A DNA stretch of 64,000 nucleotides from Patescibacteria group bacterium. Lineage in GTDB: Bacteria > Patescibacteriota > Patescibacteriia > UBA9934 > GWF2-40-263. The stretch is taken from positions 678,716 to 742,715 of the forward strand of contig SCUM01000001.1 of NCBI GenBank assembly GCA_004297215.1. The letters run 5' to 3'. Positions 28,253 to 37,741 of the stretch are shown piece after piece. How positions within the stretch are numbered: position 1 is the stretch's first letter; the number at the start of each line of letters is the position of its first letter. The position numbers and the translations under genes were made by a program. A model generated the notes under the pieces. The model worked only from the letters and a program-made list of their open reading frames with translations, ran no database searches and was not told where the DNA came from.

Positions 28253-28459
28253 ATGAACAACGAAAGCCAAAACCCGCAAAATAAGCTCGATCCGTCGCTC
28301 GGATACCTGCTGACGATCCTGCGCGATATTCCAATCCTAAACACCGCGCCGAGCGATCCGCCGAAATATCCGATCAGCTTTGCGCTATACGACGACGGCT
28401 CCGTGCGCAGGTTTTACGTCTTCTTCAACGGAAATTGGCGCTACACAACGCTTACATGA
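28253..28459 (+). CDS. Hypothetical small protein.
   Basis: 68-aa ORF. Confidence 0.4.
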   Translation: MNNESQNPQNKLDPSLGYLLTILRDIPILNTAPSDPPKYPISFALYDDGSVRRFYVFFNGNWRYTTLT

Positions 28460-28520
28460 TCACATCAAAAATGATATAATATCAGCAACATAGCCATAGA
28501 AGTCCCCCTGCTTTCTATGG
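28453..28520 (+). promoter_or_regulatory. Phage promoter motif (CACATCAAAAATGATATAAT) plus the conserved hairpin CCATAGAA-GTCCCCCTGCT-TTCTATGG that contains the start codon of the 28517 gene.
   Basis: Direct reading. Second copy of the element seen at 15102-15177. Confidence 0.4.
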
Positions 28521-29734
28521 CAAACACACTCTACGATTACTACAAAACCAAAGGCCAGTCGCTCCCGTCAGTGCAGGAGCGCGCCAAGACCTTTGAGTCA
28601 CTGGGGCTCGGATCATCAGCCGGATATAAAGGCACGTATGAGCAGAACGTGTCGCTTTTGAGTGCGCTGCAAAAACCGGCTGTTCCCAATCCTGCGACTC
28701 CCACCGCGCCTCCGGCGCCTGCTCCGACTCCCTCTCCTGCGCCAACTGCACCGAAAACAACCATCGACATTTACGGACAGAGCGTGCCCACGCAGACATC
28801 GCTTCTCGAGCAGTACCGGAAGCAGCTCGGCCTCGACAAGCTGACGGAAGACATCAATACCGCGCTCGCCAGCCAGCCGAAAAAATCCGACATCTATACC
28901 AAAGAGCTTGCATCGCTCGATCCGCAGCGCACACAGCTTAAATCGCTCGACCAGCGCATCGCCGAAATGGAAAACGCGCTGGATGCCTCTGAAGAGGATA
29001 TCCGAAAGCGCACAACCGAAAGTGGCGGCCTCGTGACCGAGAGCCAGACACAGCGTCTCGTAGCCAGCGAAAAGAAGCCGCTTGTCGACGCCTACAACAA
29101 AATACTCGGCGAACGCAACCGGCTTGCCTCATCGCTCGGCGAAGAGGAGCGCCTCGCAAGAGAGCGTGCCGGCATCGCATACGAAGACGCGCTTCTTCCG
29201 CTGACCACCGCGCAGGCAAAGCTCTCGGCAATAAACCCTCTGTTTGAGCAATACTTTGGCGCGGCGAAATCCGATCTTGACCTGCAGATAAAGGCTGCCG
29301 AAACCGCAGCAGAAAAAAGGAACGCCAAAGTTGTCACCACACAGGTGGATGAAGGCGGAAATGTGAGCGTCGTGACGCAGGAAGCCGACGGCTCATTCAA
29401 AGTGAACAAAGTCGGCAATATCGGCAAACCGCAGAAGCAGAGCTCCGGCACTGAAGAGGCATACGACGACAATGACATCGAAGCATACGCTCTCGAGCTT
29501 CTGAATAACCCCAACTTCGACACTTCAAACGTGCCTCAAAAAATTCGCGCCAAAGTGCTCCGCAAGCGCGATGCGATCGTGGCCGAAGCAGAAAATCCTC
29601 AGCCGGCGCCGGGCTCTGTAAGCCCAGGTCCGCTTAGCGCATTCCCGAATCTGCAGGGACTCTCGTTCGGCTCAAGCAACAGCACGCCGGCATTTCTCCA
29701 GCCGGCAGCGGGAAGTTTCTCGCTCTTCAAGTAG
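28517..29734 (+). CDS. Hypothetical structural protein with a Pro/Ala-rich linker.
   Basis: 405-aa ORF. Confidence 0.55.
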   Translation: MANTLYDYYKTKGQSLPSVQERAKTFESLGLGSSAGYKGTYEQNVSLLSALQKPAVPNPATPTAPPAPAPTPSPAPTAPKTTIDIYGQSVPTQTSLLEQYRKQLGLDKLTEDINTALASQPKKSDIYTKELASLDPQRTQLKSLDQRIAEMENALDASEEDIRKRTTESGGLVTESQTQRLVASEKKPLVDAYNKILGERNRLASSLGEEERLARERAGIAYEDALLPLTTAQAKLSAINPLFEQYFGAAKSDLDLQIKAAETAAEKRNAKVVTTQVDEGGNVSVVTQEADGSFKVNKVGNIGKPQKQSSGTEEAYDDNDIEAYALELLNNPNFDTSNVPQKIRAKVLRKRDAIVAEAENPQPAPGSVSPGPLSAFPNLQGLSFGSSNSTPAFLQPAAGSFSLFK

Positions 29735-29746
29735 CCACTATGACCT

Positions 29747-32700
29747 ATGGCCTACATCAAAGACCCAAAAACCGGAAGATACATAAAGACAGCCGACACG
29801 CCGGCTAAAACCTTTCCTGCGCCAGCAGGGAATGTTCCCGTTGCCGGCAAACTGCCTGAAATTCAGGAGCCGGCAGCTCAGCCCGGGCAGATGCTTCGCT
29901 TTGAGAAAGGCCCAGACGGAAAATACATTAAAAAGACAGTCGCTGCTCCTGCAGAGGCAGCCCCATCCGCAACCACAAAAACCGGCAAGCCGAATCTCGC
30001 AACAGTCCCCGGGCTCATGCTTGCTGCAGAGCAGTCCGGCGTTGAGCTTCCCAAAGAAGCAACGGAAACCGGCAAGCGGTCGACACTGCAGAAAGTGCTC
30101 GACGTTCTCAATACCGGCGGATACGCCGTGGGTGGACTCATCAGCGGAAAAGGCATTAAGGCCGGCATCAAAGAAAAAATCCTGCCGTCCGAAGCATTGA
30201 ATATAGAAAATCCGATCCTCGGATTTGCTGCCGATGTTCTGCTTGATCCGACCACATACATCACCTTCGGATACGGCGGAGGCGCAAAGCTGGCCGCTAA
30301 AGGCGGCTCGGTCATTTTGAATAAAGCAGGAACCAAGCTGCTCAAGAAAACAATTGCCGAAGTCGGCGAAGAGGCAGCGCGGAAAGCTCTCGCCAAAAAG
30401 ATTGCCCAGGAGGGCGGAGAAAAACTGCTCGCCAAAGGCGGGGTCAAATTTGCCGGCAAGGAGATTGTGCCACGATCCGCGATCAATAAAGGCGCATCGC
30501 TGGCAGACACCGCGCTCGAGAAGCTTCCGGCAGTAGGCGCGGTCTATAAAGGCGCGAAAGAGCTCGGCGCAAAAGCGTTCGTGCCGTTTTCCGATATCAA
30601 AAAACTTCCGGGCGGAGAAAAATACGCCGAAAAATTTACAACATTCGCAAAAGGCACGCGCGCAAAGATCGCAGATACGGTCGAGGAATACACCAAGCTC
30701 GGCAAAAAGGCGCAAGAAGCGCTGGGGCCGGAGTATGGGACAAAAACAGCAGAGCTGCTGGAGACGGCATCGTACAAGCCGGCCAGACCGCTTCTCAAAG
30801 GCCTCAAAGATTACGAAAAAGAATTCATAAAATCGCAGGGCGTCAATCTCGACAATCTGGCAGTTTCCAAAACCGGAAAAGGAAAACCCCGGGACATTTT
30901 GAATATGCTCGAAGAGGGCGCAAAAAAAGAAGTCAAAGCGAAAAGAGGACGCCCGACTGCTGCAGCAAGCAAGTCAAAAGTTATTCTCATTGAAACAGCC
31001 GACGGCATGAAGGTGCTCGACGGCGCGCACCGGCTTGCCGGCGCACTCAAAAAAGGCGCGAAGGCAATCGACTATCATGTTGTGCGGGAAGTCGCGCCGA
31101 AAGCGGAACGCTCGCAGGTCGCCGATCTGATCAGTACGCTTCAAAAAGGACAGAAAGAAATTTCAAAAGCCGAAAAATCGCGTGGCATTCTGAAAACAGA
31201 ACTGAAAGACGGCGGATATTTGCGTCATTTCCTAACGCCGGAAGCGCGCGAGTTTATGCAGAAAGGCGGAACGGTCTCCGGCGAGCTTACCAAGCCCCTC
31301 CGGGTGCGGACGCCGTTTGCTAAACAGCGCAAGCTCGAAGGAACGCTCGCCCAGATCAACAAAAAATTCCAGCAGGCCCACGGCATCAATCTGTTTGAGC
31401 CGGATGCATTCAAAGCGCTGGCTGGCCGGAAAGCCGAAAGCATCAAAGCCGTGAGCACGCACGACTTCTTCAGAGATATCGGCAAAGAATTCGGCATGAA
31501 GGCAAAATCAAAAAGTTTCAAAAGCCCCGTAACTGGAAAAACAGTCCGGGGCGCCCAGCCGGTCATTCAGGACGGCGTGCGCTATGTGGAAAGCTCCGTG
31601 CCCCAGCTCAAAGGCGTGCTCCTGCCGGAACCAATCGTGAAGCATCTCGACGAAACACGCCGGATACTTTCAAACGACGAGGCGACAAACTCATTCCTGC
31701 GCCTCTATGACCGCACGCTCGCAGTATGGAAAGGATCGGTCACAGGATGGTTTCCGGCATTCCACGGGCGCAACTTCATGGGCGGACTTTTCAATAACTG
31801 GCTCGGGGGCGTAAAAAATCCCGCACGCTATATTCAGGGCGACCAGATTGCCCGGGGAGCTGCCGGAAAATTTACCACCAATGTCGGCACTACCTACACC
31901 TACGACCAGGTGCGCACTCTTGCCCGCGAGCTCGGCGTCACCGGACAGCCGGGCTACTTGGACGTATTCAAAGAAGTGGAAAAAGAAATGGGAAAAGGCA
32001 CGCTCCGCAAACTCGGCGAAACTCCGCAGGCAGTCATGGAGGTTGTGGAAAATCGTCTCCGCCTTCCGCTGTTTGTCGACCGCCTGATGAAGGGCGATGC
32101 ACCAAGAGATGCTGCAATGCAGGTTTTCAAATTCCACTTCGACTACGCGCCGGAGGGCATAACCCAATTTGAGAAAAACGTGATGAAGCGCCTCATGCCG
32201 TTCTACCGCTGGACGCGAGGCAATATCCCGCTCCAGCTCGAGCAGATTGCCAAGCAGCCGGGCAAGTATGCCGCGATTGGCAAGATCGGCAATAAAGCGT
32301 ACTCAGCCGAAGAGGACGAGGAGCGCCAGTATCTCCCGCCGTACATTCAGGAAGCATTCTCGTTCCGTGCGGGCAAAGACGAAAAGACCGGAGAAGTAAA
32401 ATATCGCTACGGCATCAACGTGCTGCCGGCTGAAGATATCAACCGGCTCTTTCGGGGGAGCGCGCGGCGCACGCTTGAAGGTCTGATCGGGGAAACAGCT
32501 CCTCTTATCAAATATCCAATCGAGCTGGCAACGCGATACGATTTATTCCGAGGACAGCCGATCGAGAAATCAACCTACGTCGCAAAGTGGGTGCCGGAAG
32601 TTCCTGCGCTCGCAAAATTCCTCGATGTGAAAGCAGTTCCGAAAAAAGACGGAACCTACAGTTACATCGGCGACCCGTACAAGCTCCACTTTATCAACAC

Positions 32701-32971
32701 ATTTCTCGGCCGAATTTACAGCACAGCTGGAGCGAACACCGACGAAAAAAATTCGCTGGCAGAAAAAGCACTGTACAACCTGCTCGGCATAAAGAGCAAG
32801 AGCTTTGATATTGAAAAAGAAAAAAGCTACCGGGAGCGGGAGCTTAAAACGCGCATTGAAGATTTGCTCGAGCAGGAAGGCGTGATCCGAAAATTTGAAT
32901 CGCCCTACATTCCGAATTCGTCTAAAGCCAAAAAGAAACAAACAGTGCCATACATCCCGCCAGTCCGATAA
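29747..32971 (+). CDS. 1074-aa virion-associated protein with an internal ParB/Srx-like motif (VLDGAHRLAGALKKG). Candidate internal, ejection or tail-length protein.
   Basis: Lys/Ala-rich N-terminal half. ParB-like DGxHR segment near residue 410. No tape-measure protein recognised elsewhere. Confidence 0.6.
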   Translation: MAYIKDPKTGRYIKTADTPAKTFPAPAGNVPVAGKLPEIQEPAAQPGQMLRFEKGPDGKYIKKTVAAPAEAAPSATTKTGKPNLATVPGLMLAAEQSGVELPKEATETGKRSTLQKVLDVLNTGGYAVGGLISGKGIKAGIKEKILPSEALNIENPILGFAADVLLDPTTYITFGYGGGAKLAAKGGSVILNKAGTKLLKKTIAEVGEEAARKALAKKIAQEGGEKLLAKGGVKFAGKEIVPRSAINKGASLADTALEKLPAVGAVYKGAKELGAKAFVPFSDIKKLPGGEKYAEKFTTFAKGTRAKIADTVEEYTKLGKKAQEALGPEYGTKTAELLETASYKPARPLLKGLKDYEKEFIKSQGVNLDNLAVSKTGKGKPRDILNMLEEGAKKEVKAKRGRPTAAASKSKVILIETADGMKVLDGAHRLAGALKKGAKAIDYHVVREVAPKAERSQVADLISTLQKGQKEISKAEKSRGILKTELKDGGYLRHFLTPEAREFMQKGGTVSGELTKPLRVRTPFAKQRKLEGTLAQINKKFQQAHGINLFEPDAFKALAGRKAESIKAVSTHDFFRDIGKEFGMKAKSKSFKSPVTGKTVRGAQPVIQDGVRYVESSVPQLKGVLLPEPIVKHLDETRRILSNDEATNSFLRLYDRTLAVWKGSVTGWFPAFHGRNFMGGLFNNWLGGVKNPARYIQGDQIARGAAGKFTTNVGTTYTYDQVRTLARELGVTGQPGYLDVFKEVEKEMGKGTLRKLGETPQAVMEVVENRLRLPLFVDRLMKGDAPRDAAMQVFKFHFDYAPEGITQFEKNVMKRLMPFYRWTRGNIPLQLEQIAKQPGKYAAIGKIGNKAYSAEEDEERQYLPPYIQEAFSFRAGKDEKTGEVKYRYGINVLPAEDINRLFRGSARRTLEGLIGETAPLIKYPIELATRYDLFRGQPIEKSTYVAKWVPEVPALAKFLDVKAVPKKDGTYSYIGDPYKLHFINTFLGRIYSTAGANTDEKNSLAEKALYNLLGIKSKSFDIEKEKSYRERELKTRIEDLLEQEGVIRKFESPYIPNSSKAKKKQTVPYIPPVR

Positions 32972-33188
32972 GACCGAGTATGCCGGATTCCCACTCATCC
33001 AATTTGCGCCCCTTCCAGAGCTTCCACAGTCCGGCTCCGAGGCCCAGCGCAAGAACGGCCGGAACCACGATCAGGCCGACGGCATCCAAGGCATCCTCCA
33101 TGCCCCAAAGCAGATATCCCGCAGCCCAAGCAATCCCTATAACCAAGAGATATGCCAGCACCGGATAATTGTCCACAAATTTGCGCAT
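32922..33188 (-). CDS. Small membrane protein of 2-3 transmembrane helices, encoded antisense to the late genes. Possible lysogeny-expressed moron.
   Basis: 88-aa hydrophobic ORF. Overlaps the 3' end of the 1074-aa gene by 50 nt. Confidence 0.35.
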   Translation of the reverse strand: MRKFVDNYPVLAYLLVIGIAWAAGYLLWGMEDALDAVGLIVVPAVLALGLGAGLWKLWKGRKLDEWESGILGLIGLAGCMALFVSFWL

Positions 33189-33254
33189 AAAGGTCTAAAA
33201 ACGTTGCAATCATTGGCATTTTACAGTTTCTCCAGCCCATTGGACAAGTCACTT

Positions 33255-33297
33255 TTTACACTTTCAAATCACATCAGCTAATGCTATAATTACATCA
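33255..33297 (+). promoter_or_regulatory. Lysis-cassette promoter TTCAAA-16-TGcTATAATTACATCA.
   Basis: Shares the TATAATTACATCA module with other phage promoters. Lies 24 nt upstream of the holin start. Confidence 0.4.
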
Positions 33298-33320
33298 GGC
33301 CAGATGATACAAAATAACCT

Positions 33321-33611
33321 ATGCCAGAGAGCTTAATACAACTTGGTGCCGTAGCCGTACTTTTTCTCGTAGCGATACGGGAATTCTTCTCGTACCTCAA
33401 AATGCGCAAAAACGGAAACGGCGGAAACGAAGGGCATTTGAGCGAAGCAATTCTCAATGAGCTCCGCGCGATGAATTCAAACCACCTCCATTCCCTTCGG
33501 GAAACACTCGAAGAGGGCAACCGAAACCTCATCAGCACAATTCATTCCGACAACACCAAGATGATAGAAATTCTCGGCGAAATAAAAGGCAACCTTAACC
33601 AAAGAAGGTAA
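33321..33611 (+). CDS. Holin (putative).
   Basis: 96 aa with an N-terminal transmembrane helix and a charged C-terminus. Immediately upstream of the endolysin. Confidence 0.5.
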   Translation: MPESLIQLGAVAVLFLVAIREFFSYLKMRKNGNGGNEGHLSEAILNELRAMNSNHLHSLRETLEEGNRNLISTIHSDNTKMIEILGEIKGNLNQRR

Positions 33612-33615
33612 TCAT

Positions 33616-34701
33616 ATGGAAAACCAGCAAATGTTTATGTCCGGCGCAGTCATCGACGAGCGTCCGGAATCAGAAAAAGAGAAGGACTACCGGTTCGAGG
33701 AGATCGTGGCCGCGATCAACCCCGTTAACTGGATCGAGAAGCCACGCGATCAGTGGCGCAAGTTTCCAATTTTCAATCAGGATGGTTCCGGCTCCTGCGT
33801 TGCGCAGACCGAAGCAAAAGAAATGGGAATCATGCGCTGGCTCCGCGACAAAATATACGTTCATTTTTCGGCAACAGATATTTATCAGCGGCGCAGCAAC
33901 AAGCCGGCAGGCGGAATGGTGGCCGTTGATGCCCGCAACATTGCGCGCAAGGGCGTGACGCTCGAAGCGCTTGCCCCCTCGCAGGCCATGAACGACGGGC
34001 AGATGGACTCCGCAGTCATTGAGGAATACAAGCGCAAAGTCGGAGAAGTGTTTGCGGTGCCGAATTTCGTTGCACTCCCGATCCGAGACATTGATACAGT
34101 GGCATCCCTCATTCAGACCACCGGCAAGGGAGTCATGGTCTGGTTTTACTTCGAATACCGCGAGTGGACGGACACTCCGCAGGTAATGAATCCGAATCTC
34201 GACCTTTACGCTGGCAGCACTAACCGGCATTCGGTGACCGCCGTTGACTTTACCCTCGTGAACGGCAAAAAAGCACTCATCATTGAAGACAGCTGGGGCC
34301 CGACATTCGGACTCAACGGACAGCGCGTGATTACCGAGGACTTCTACAAAGCGCGCAACTGGTATGCCGGCTATCTCGTGAACTTCCAGTTTGAAGATCA
34401 GACAAAACCTCTTCCCCAGCCACAGCCGGCTCCGAATCCGAAGCCAAAATACCGATTCTCAAAACCTCTCACATTTGGCATGACAAACTCCGATGTCAAA
34501 GCGCTGCAGGACATTTTGCGATACGAGGGACTGTTCCCGCAAAACACAGCCTCAACCGGATATTACGGCGCGATCACTGCGAAAGGCGTTTATCAGTTTC
34601 AGGTAAGGCACAAAATAGCGCCAATGGCCGAACTCAATGCCCTTCAGGGCCGAAGGGTCGGAGAGAAAACAATACAAAAACTCAATGCGCTGTACGCGTA
34701 A
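33616..34701 (+). CDS. Endolysin: papain-like cysteine peptidase domain plus a C-terminal PG_binding_1 peptidoglycan-binding domain.
   Basis: QDGSGSCVAQT (Gln/Cys) and a later NRHSVTAVDF His. C-terminus DVKALQDILRYEGLF...TGYYGAITAKGVYQFQ. Confidence 0.75.
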   Translation: MENQQMFMSGAVIDERPESEKEKDYRFEEIVAAINPVNWIEKPRDQWRKFPIFNQDGSGSCVAQTEAKEMGIMRWLRDKIYVHFSATDIYQRRSNKPAGGMVAVDARNIARKGVTLEALAPSQAMNDGQMDSAVIEEYKRKVGEVFAVPNFVALPIRDIDTVASLIQTTGKGVMVWFYFEYREWTDTPQVMNPNLDLYAGSTNRHSVTAVDFTLVNGKKALIIEDSWGPTFGLNGQRVITEDFYKARNWYAGYLVNFQFEDQTKPLPQPQPAPNPKPKYRFSKPLTFGMTNSDVKALQDILRYEGLFPQNTASTGYYGAITAKGVYQFQVRHKIAPMAELNALQGRRVGEKTIQKLNALYA

Positions 34702-34710
34702 CACAAAACT

Positions 34711-34896
34711 ATGAGCAACATCCTCAAATCTGCAAGCAAGATCGTATTCATCCTGATGGCCGTCGCAGCATGCGCCGGATTCTTCCTCGGGAAGCTCGAA
34801 GCGAAGGACTTCATGGTGCTTTCCGGCATGGCCTTCTCCTTCTACTTCTCGAATAAAGGAGAAACATCCGGCAATCTTCCCTTCGCGGGTAAATAG
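34711..34896 (+). CDS. Small two-transmembrane protein (second holin, antiholin or spanin candidate).
   Basis: 61-aa hydrophobic ORF after the endolysin. Confidence 0.4.
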   Translation: MSNILKSASKIVFILMAVAACAGFFLGKLEAKDFMVLSGMAFSFYFSNKGETSGNLPFAGK

Positions 34897-34930
34897 CCGG
34901 CTCCGGCCGGCTGGCATTAACCAGCCGCCT

Positions 34931-35449
34931 ATGAAACGAGCGATATCTTTTGCCGTCGCTCTTGTTGCTATAGGCATACTGCTGACGGCAAACCCAAAAC
35001 CCGCTGTTGCCCCGCAGGGCGCAGATACCGGCAGGAAGCCGGCATTGCCCCAATCTGCAGCCGAAGACCCGCGTAAGGCCAAAATTGAGCGCGTTGACGC
35101 ATACTTTACCGAGCGAAATATGCCACTTCGTGGCTACGGATCGGAATTTGTGGAGGTTGCGGAGCGGTACGGCCTTGACTGGCGCCTTCTGCCGGCAATC
35201 GCTGTGCGCGAATCATCCGGCGGAAAGCAGGCCTGCGGAAACAATCCATTCGGCTGGGCTTCCTGCCGGACGGACTTTGACAGTACCGAAAAAGCGATCG
35301 AACATGTCGGCCTCAATCTCGGCGGAGAAAATCCCCGCACTGCTCCCTATTACAAAAACAAAACCACGCGCGAGAAGCTATGGTTCTACAATGGGACAGT
35401 AAATCCGAAGTATCCGGACGAAGTGCTAGACATTATGGAGCGATTCTGA
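34931..35449 (+). CDS. Signal-anchored lytic transglycosylase-like protein (SLT domain).
   Basis: N-terminal transmembrane or signal segment. LLPAIAVRESSGG...NNPFGW resembles the SLT catalytic E-S motif. Confidence 0.55.
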   Translation: MKRAISFAVALVAIGILLTANPKPAVAPQGADTGRKPALPQSAAEDPRKAKIERVDAYFTERNMPLRGYGSEFVEVAERYGLDWRLLPAIAVRESSGGKQACGNNPFGWASCRTDFDSTEKAIEHVGLNLGGENPRTAPYYKNKTTREKLWFYNGTVNPKYPDEVLDIMERF

Positions 35450-35507
35450 CCTTTTGATCCTGAAATGCAACATTGTAGTGCAACGTCATCATTTATGATG
35501 TGCAGCC

Positions 35508-35516
35508 TGTGGATAA
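35508..35516 (+). promoter_or_regulatory. Perfect DnaA-box 9-mer (TGTGGATAA) in the intergenic region.
   Basis: Direct reading. Confidence 0.3.
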
Positions 35517-35626
35517 CTTTTTGAGCGTTTTTGCGGCTTAACTAGGCCGCAAAATTGCATTTTATGCCGTAGTTGAGCCGTAAAAATAGCGGCATTTTTT
35601 TCAAATATCGGGTATAATACAATTAT

Positions 35627-36667
35627 ATGCAAACAACAACTCTCCAAAAACTCAATACCACCACGAAGTCTAAGGAGAGCAAGGCCGGCAAGAAGCGCGC
35701 GCACCGCGTAGCTTCGCTATTTTCTGGCTCCGGCGGAATGGATCTCGGCTTCGAAGATGCCGGATTTGATGTCGTATGGGCAAACGACGTAAATCACTGG
35801 GCATGCGAGACGTTCCGCAAAAATTTCAAGGGCCACATCGCCGAAGGAAGCATCGTCGAAATTAAGACAGATGATATTCCCGAGTGCGATGTCATAACCG
35901 GAGGATTTCCTTGCCAAGATTTTTCTATGATATGGAAACGCATGGGGCTCAAGACCGAGCGCGGAAACCTATATCGCCATTTCGTGCGCGTAGTGGTAGC
36001 CAAACAGCCGAAAATGTTTGTTGCCGAAAATGTGAAGGGTCTTTTGAGTGCCAACAAAGGAAAGGCGGTCAGACAGATCGTTGACGATTTCGCAAAAGCT
36101 GGATATAAGGTAGATGTCTACCCGATTAACTTCGCCAACTACGGCGCCCCGCAGCTCCGAGAGCGCGTGCTTATTATCGGTGTGCGGAAAGACCTCAATA
36201 AGGAATTCGTGCTTCCGAAGCCGACGCACACTCCACAAACGTATGTCACTGCGAAAGAAGCCCTGAAAGATGTAGAGAGGGTGCAGCTCAACAATGAGCA
36301 CCAGAAAATTGAGCCGAGCACGATCGCAAAACTAAGAATCATTCCTCCGGGCGGAAACTTTTCAGACATACCAAAAAATTCGCAGCACTATGTGAAGGGC
36401 ATGATCTCGCACGTATACCGGCGCTTGCATCCGGACAAGCCTTCAACTACGATCATTGCCGGCGGAGGTGGCGGAACATGGGGCTACCACTACAGCGAAC
36501 CGCGCCCCCTGACAAACCGCGAGCGCGCCCGCCTGTTTGGCTATCCGGATAATTTTGAATTTGTCGGGTCGATAACCGAAGTCAGAAGGCAGATCGGAAA
36601 CTCGGTGCCCCCTGCGGGCATTAAACCGATAGCCCGGGCAATCAGGAAATTTTTAGACGAACTATGA
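35627..36667 (+). CDS. dcm: C5 cytosine-specific DNA methyltransferase.
   Basis: Motif I LFSGSGG, motif IV GGFPCQDFS, motif VI ENVKGLL, motif VIII QLRERVLIIG, motif X RQIGNSVPP. Confidence 0.9.
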   Translation: MQTTTLQKLNTTTKSKESKAGKKRAHRVASLFSGSGGMDLGFEDAGFDVVWANDVNHWACETFRKNFKGHIAEGSIVEIKTDDIPECDVITGGFPCQDFSMIWKRMGLKTERGNLYRHFVRVVVAKQPKMFVAENVKGLLSANKGKAVRQIVDDFAKAGYKVDVYPINFANYGAPQLRERVLIIGVRKDLNKEFVLPKPTHTPQTYVTAKEALKDVERVQLNNEHQKIEPSTIAKLRIIPPGGNFSDIPKNSQHYVKGMISHVYRRLHPDKPSTTIIAGGGGGTWGYHYSEPRPLTNRERARLFGYPDNFEFVGSITEVRRQIGNSVPPAGIKPIARAIRKFLDEL

Positions 36668-36679
36668 TTTTTACATCGC

Positions 36680-37735
36680 ATGAAACTCCTATATTCGAAC
36701 ATAAGCCCCTGCAAATATAGCAATTCTTCATTCAGCGAAGCATTTGAAAACGGGGTAGTAGGTTCAGACAACATAAAAATAGCCACTGGCTTTATAACGG
36801 AAGAATCATTGCTGGAGCTTAAATCCATCCTGCTTTTTTATTTTGAGGAGCACAAAGTCAAAACCTGCAGCCTTGTGATCGGCATGCACGGACGGGAGGG
36901 ATTCACCCGACCCCAATACGACGCAGCCATAGACCTTGCCAATTTTCTGAAAGAAAAAGAGATCGGCAAAGTGTATGTTTGCACAGCCTTCAAATATCAC
37001 GGCAAGACATACGTGTTCCGCAAAAACGGCGTGCCGGCGCCTATCTCTGCAATGCTCGGATCATCAAATCTCGGCAACCTCCTCGACAACCGGCAATGGG
37101 AAGTAGATGCCCTGTTTACAGAAGGAGGCGTTCTCGAAGAGCTGGACACGCTGCATGACGATCTGATCGCCAAGGCCTCTCGCGATATTCTTGAAATGCC
37201 AACACCGGCGACTTTTATTGAAAGAAAAGGACTTCTGGAAGACATCATTGATGTTGAAAAGGCGAACAATGACGAATACGGCAGAATCGATGAGTCCGCC
37301 ACAACAGGACGGGTCTTTGATATTCCCCTCAAAACGGAGCCAAAAAGCAATCTCAATGTGTACTTCGGAAAAGGCAGGTTCGCCAGAGCAACCGGAGCAG
37401 TGCGCCCACGGCATTGGTACGAAGTCGAGCTTGTTGTCTCGAGAGAGATTACTGCTGCAGACGGATATCCAAAGCCTGATTCAGTGATCAAGGTTCTTAC
37501 TGACGACGGCTGGCGGTTCAAATGCAAAATTCAGGGCGACTACGGAAAGAATTTCAGGTCGGAGGGCGACCTGAAGATACTCGGCCGCTGGATAAAAGGA
37601 AGGCTGGAGCGGACTGGATGCCTGAAAGTCGGCCAGCCGGTAACAGACGAAGTGCTGCAGCAATATGGTCGGAGCACTATCTCCCTAAAAGAGACAAACG
37701 ATCCGGACACATGGCTTCTCGACTTTTCGGTATAA
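36680..37735 (+). CDS. Putative restriction or abortive-infection nuclease partner of the C5 methyltransferase. It has an HKD-like motif and could instead be AIPR-family.
   Basis: YHGKTYVFRKNGVPAPISAMLGSSNLGN (H-x-K...GSxN). Positioned between dcm and a P-loop NTPase. Confidence 0.55.
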   Translation: MKLLYSNISPCKYSNSSFSEAFENGVVGSDNIKIATGFITEESLLELKSILLFYFEEHKVKTCSLVIGMHGREGFTRPQYDAAIDLANFLKEKEIGKVYVCTAFKYHGKTYVFRKNGVPAPISAMLGSSNLGNLLDNRQWEVDALFTEGGVLEELDTLHDDLIAKASRDILEMPTPATFIERKGLLEDIIDVEKANNDEYGRIDESATTGRVFDIPLKTEPKSNLNVYFGKGRFARATGAVRPRHWYEVELVVSREITAADGYPKPDSVIKVLTDDGWRFKCKIQGDYGKNFRSEGDLKILGRWIKGRLERTGCLKVGQPVTDEVLQQYGRSTISLKETNDPDTWLLDFSV

Positions 37736-37741
37736 AACAAT

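Noticed and set aside
25638-30715. Minus-strand ORFs of 300-330 aa (25638-26636, 26748-27617, 29738-30715) inside the structural operon.
   Set aside because: They lie opposite to uninterrupted co-oriented phage structural genes. They are Arg/Cys-rich and have no start context.
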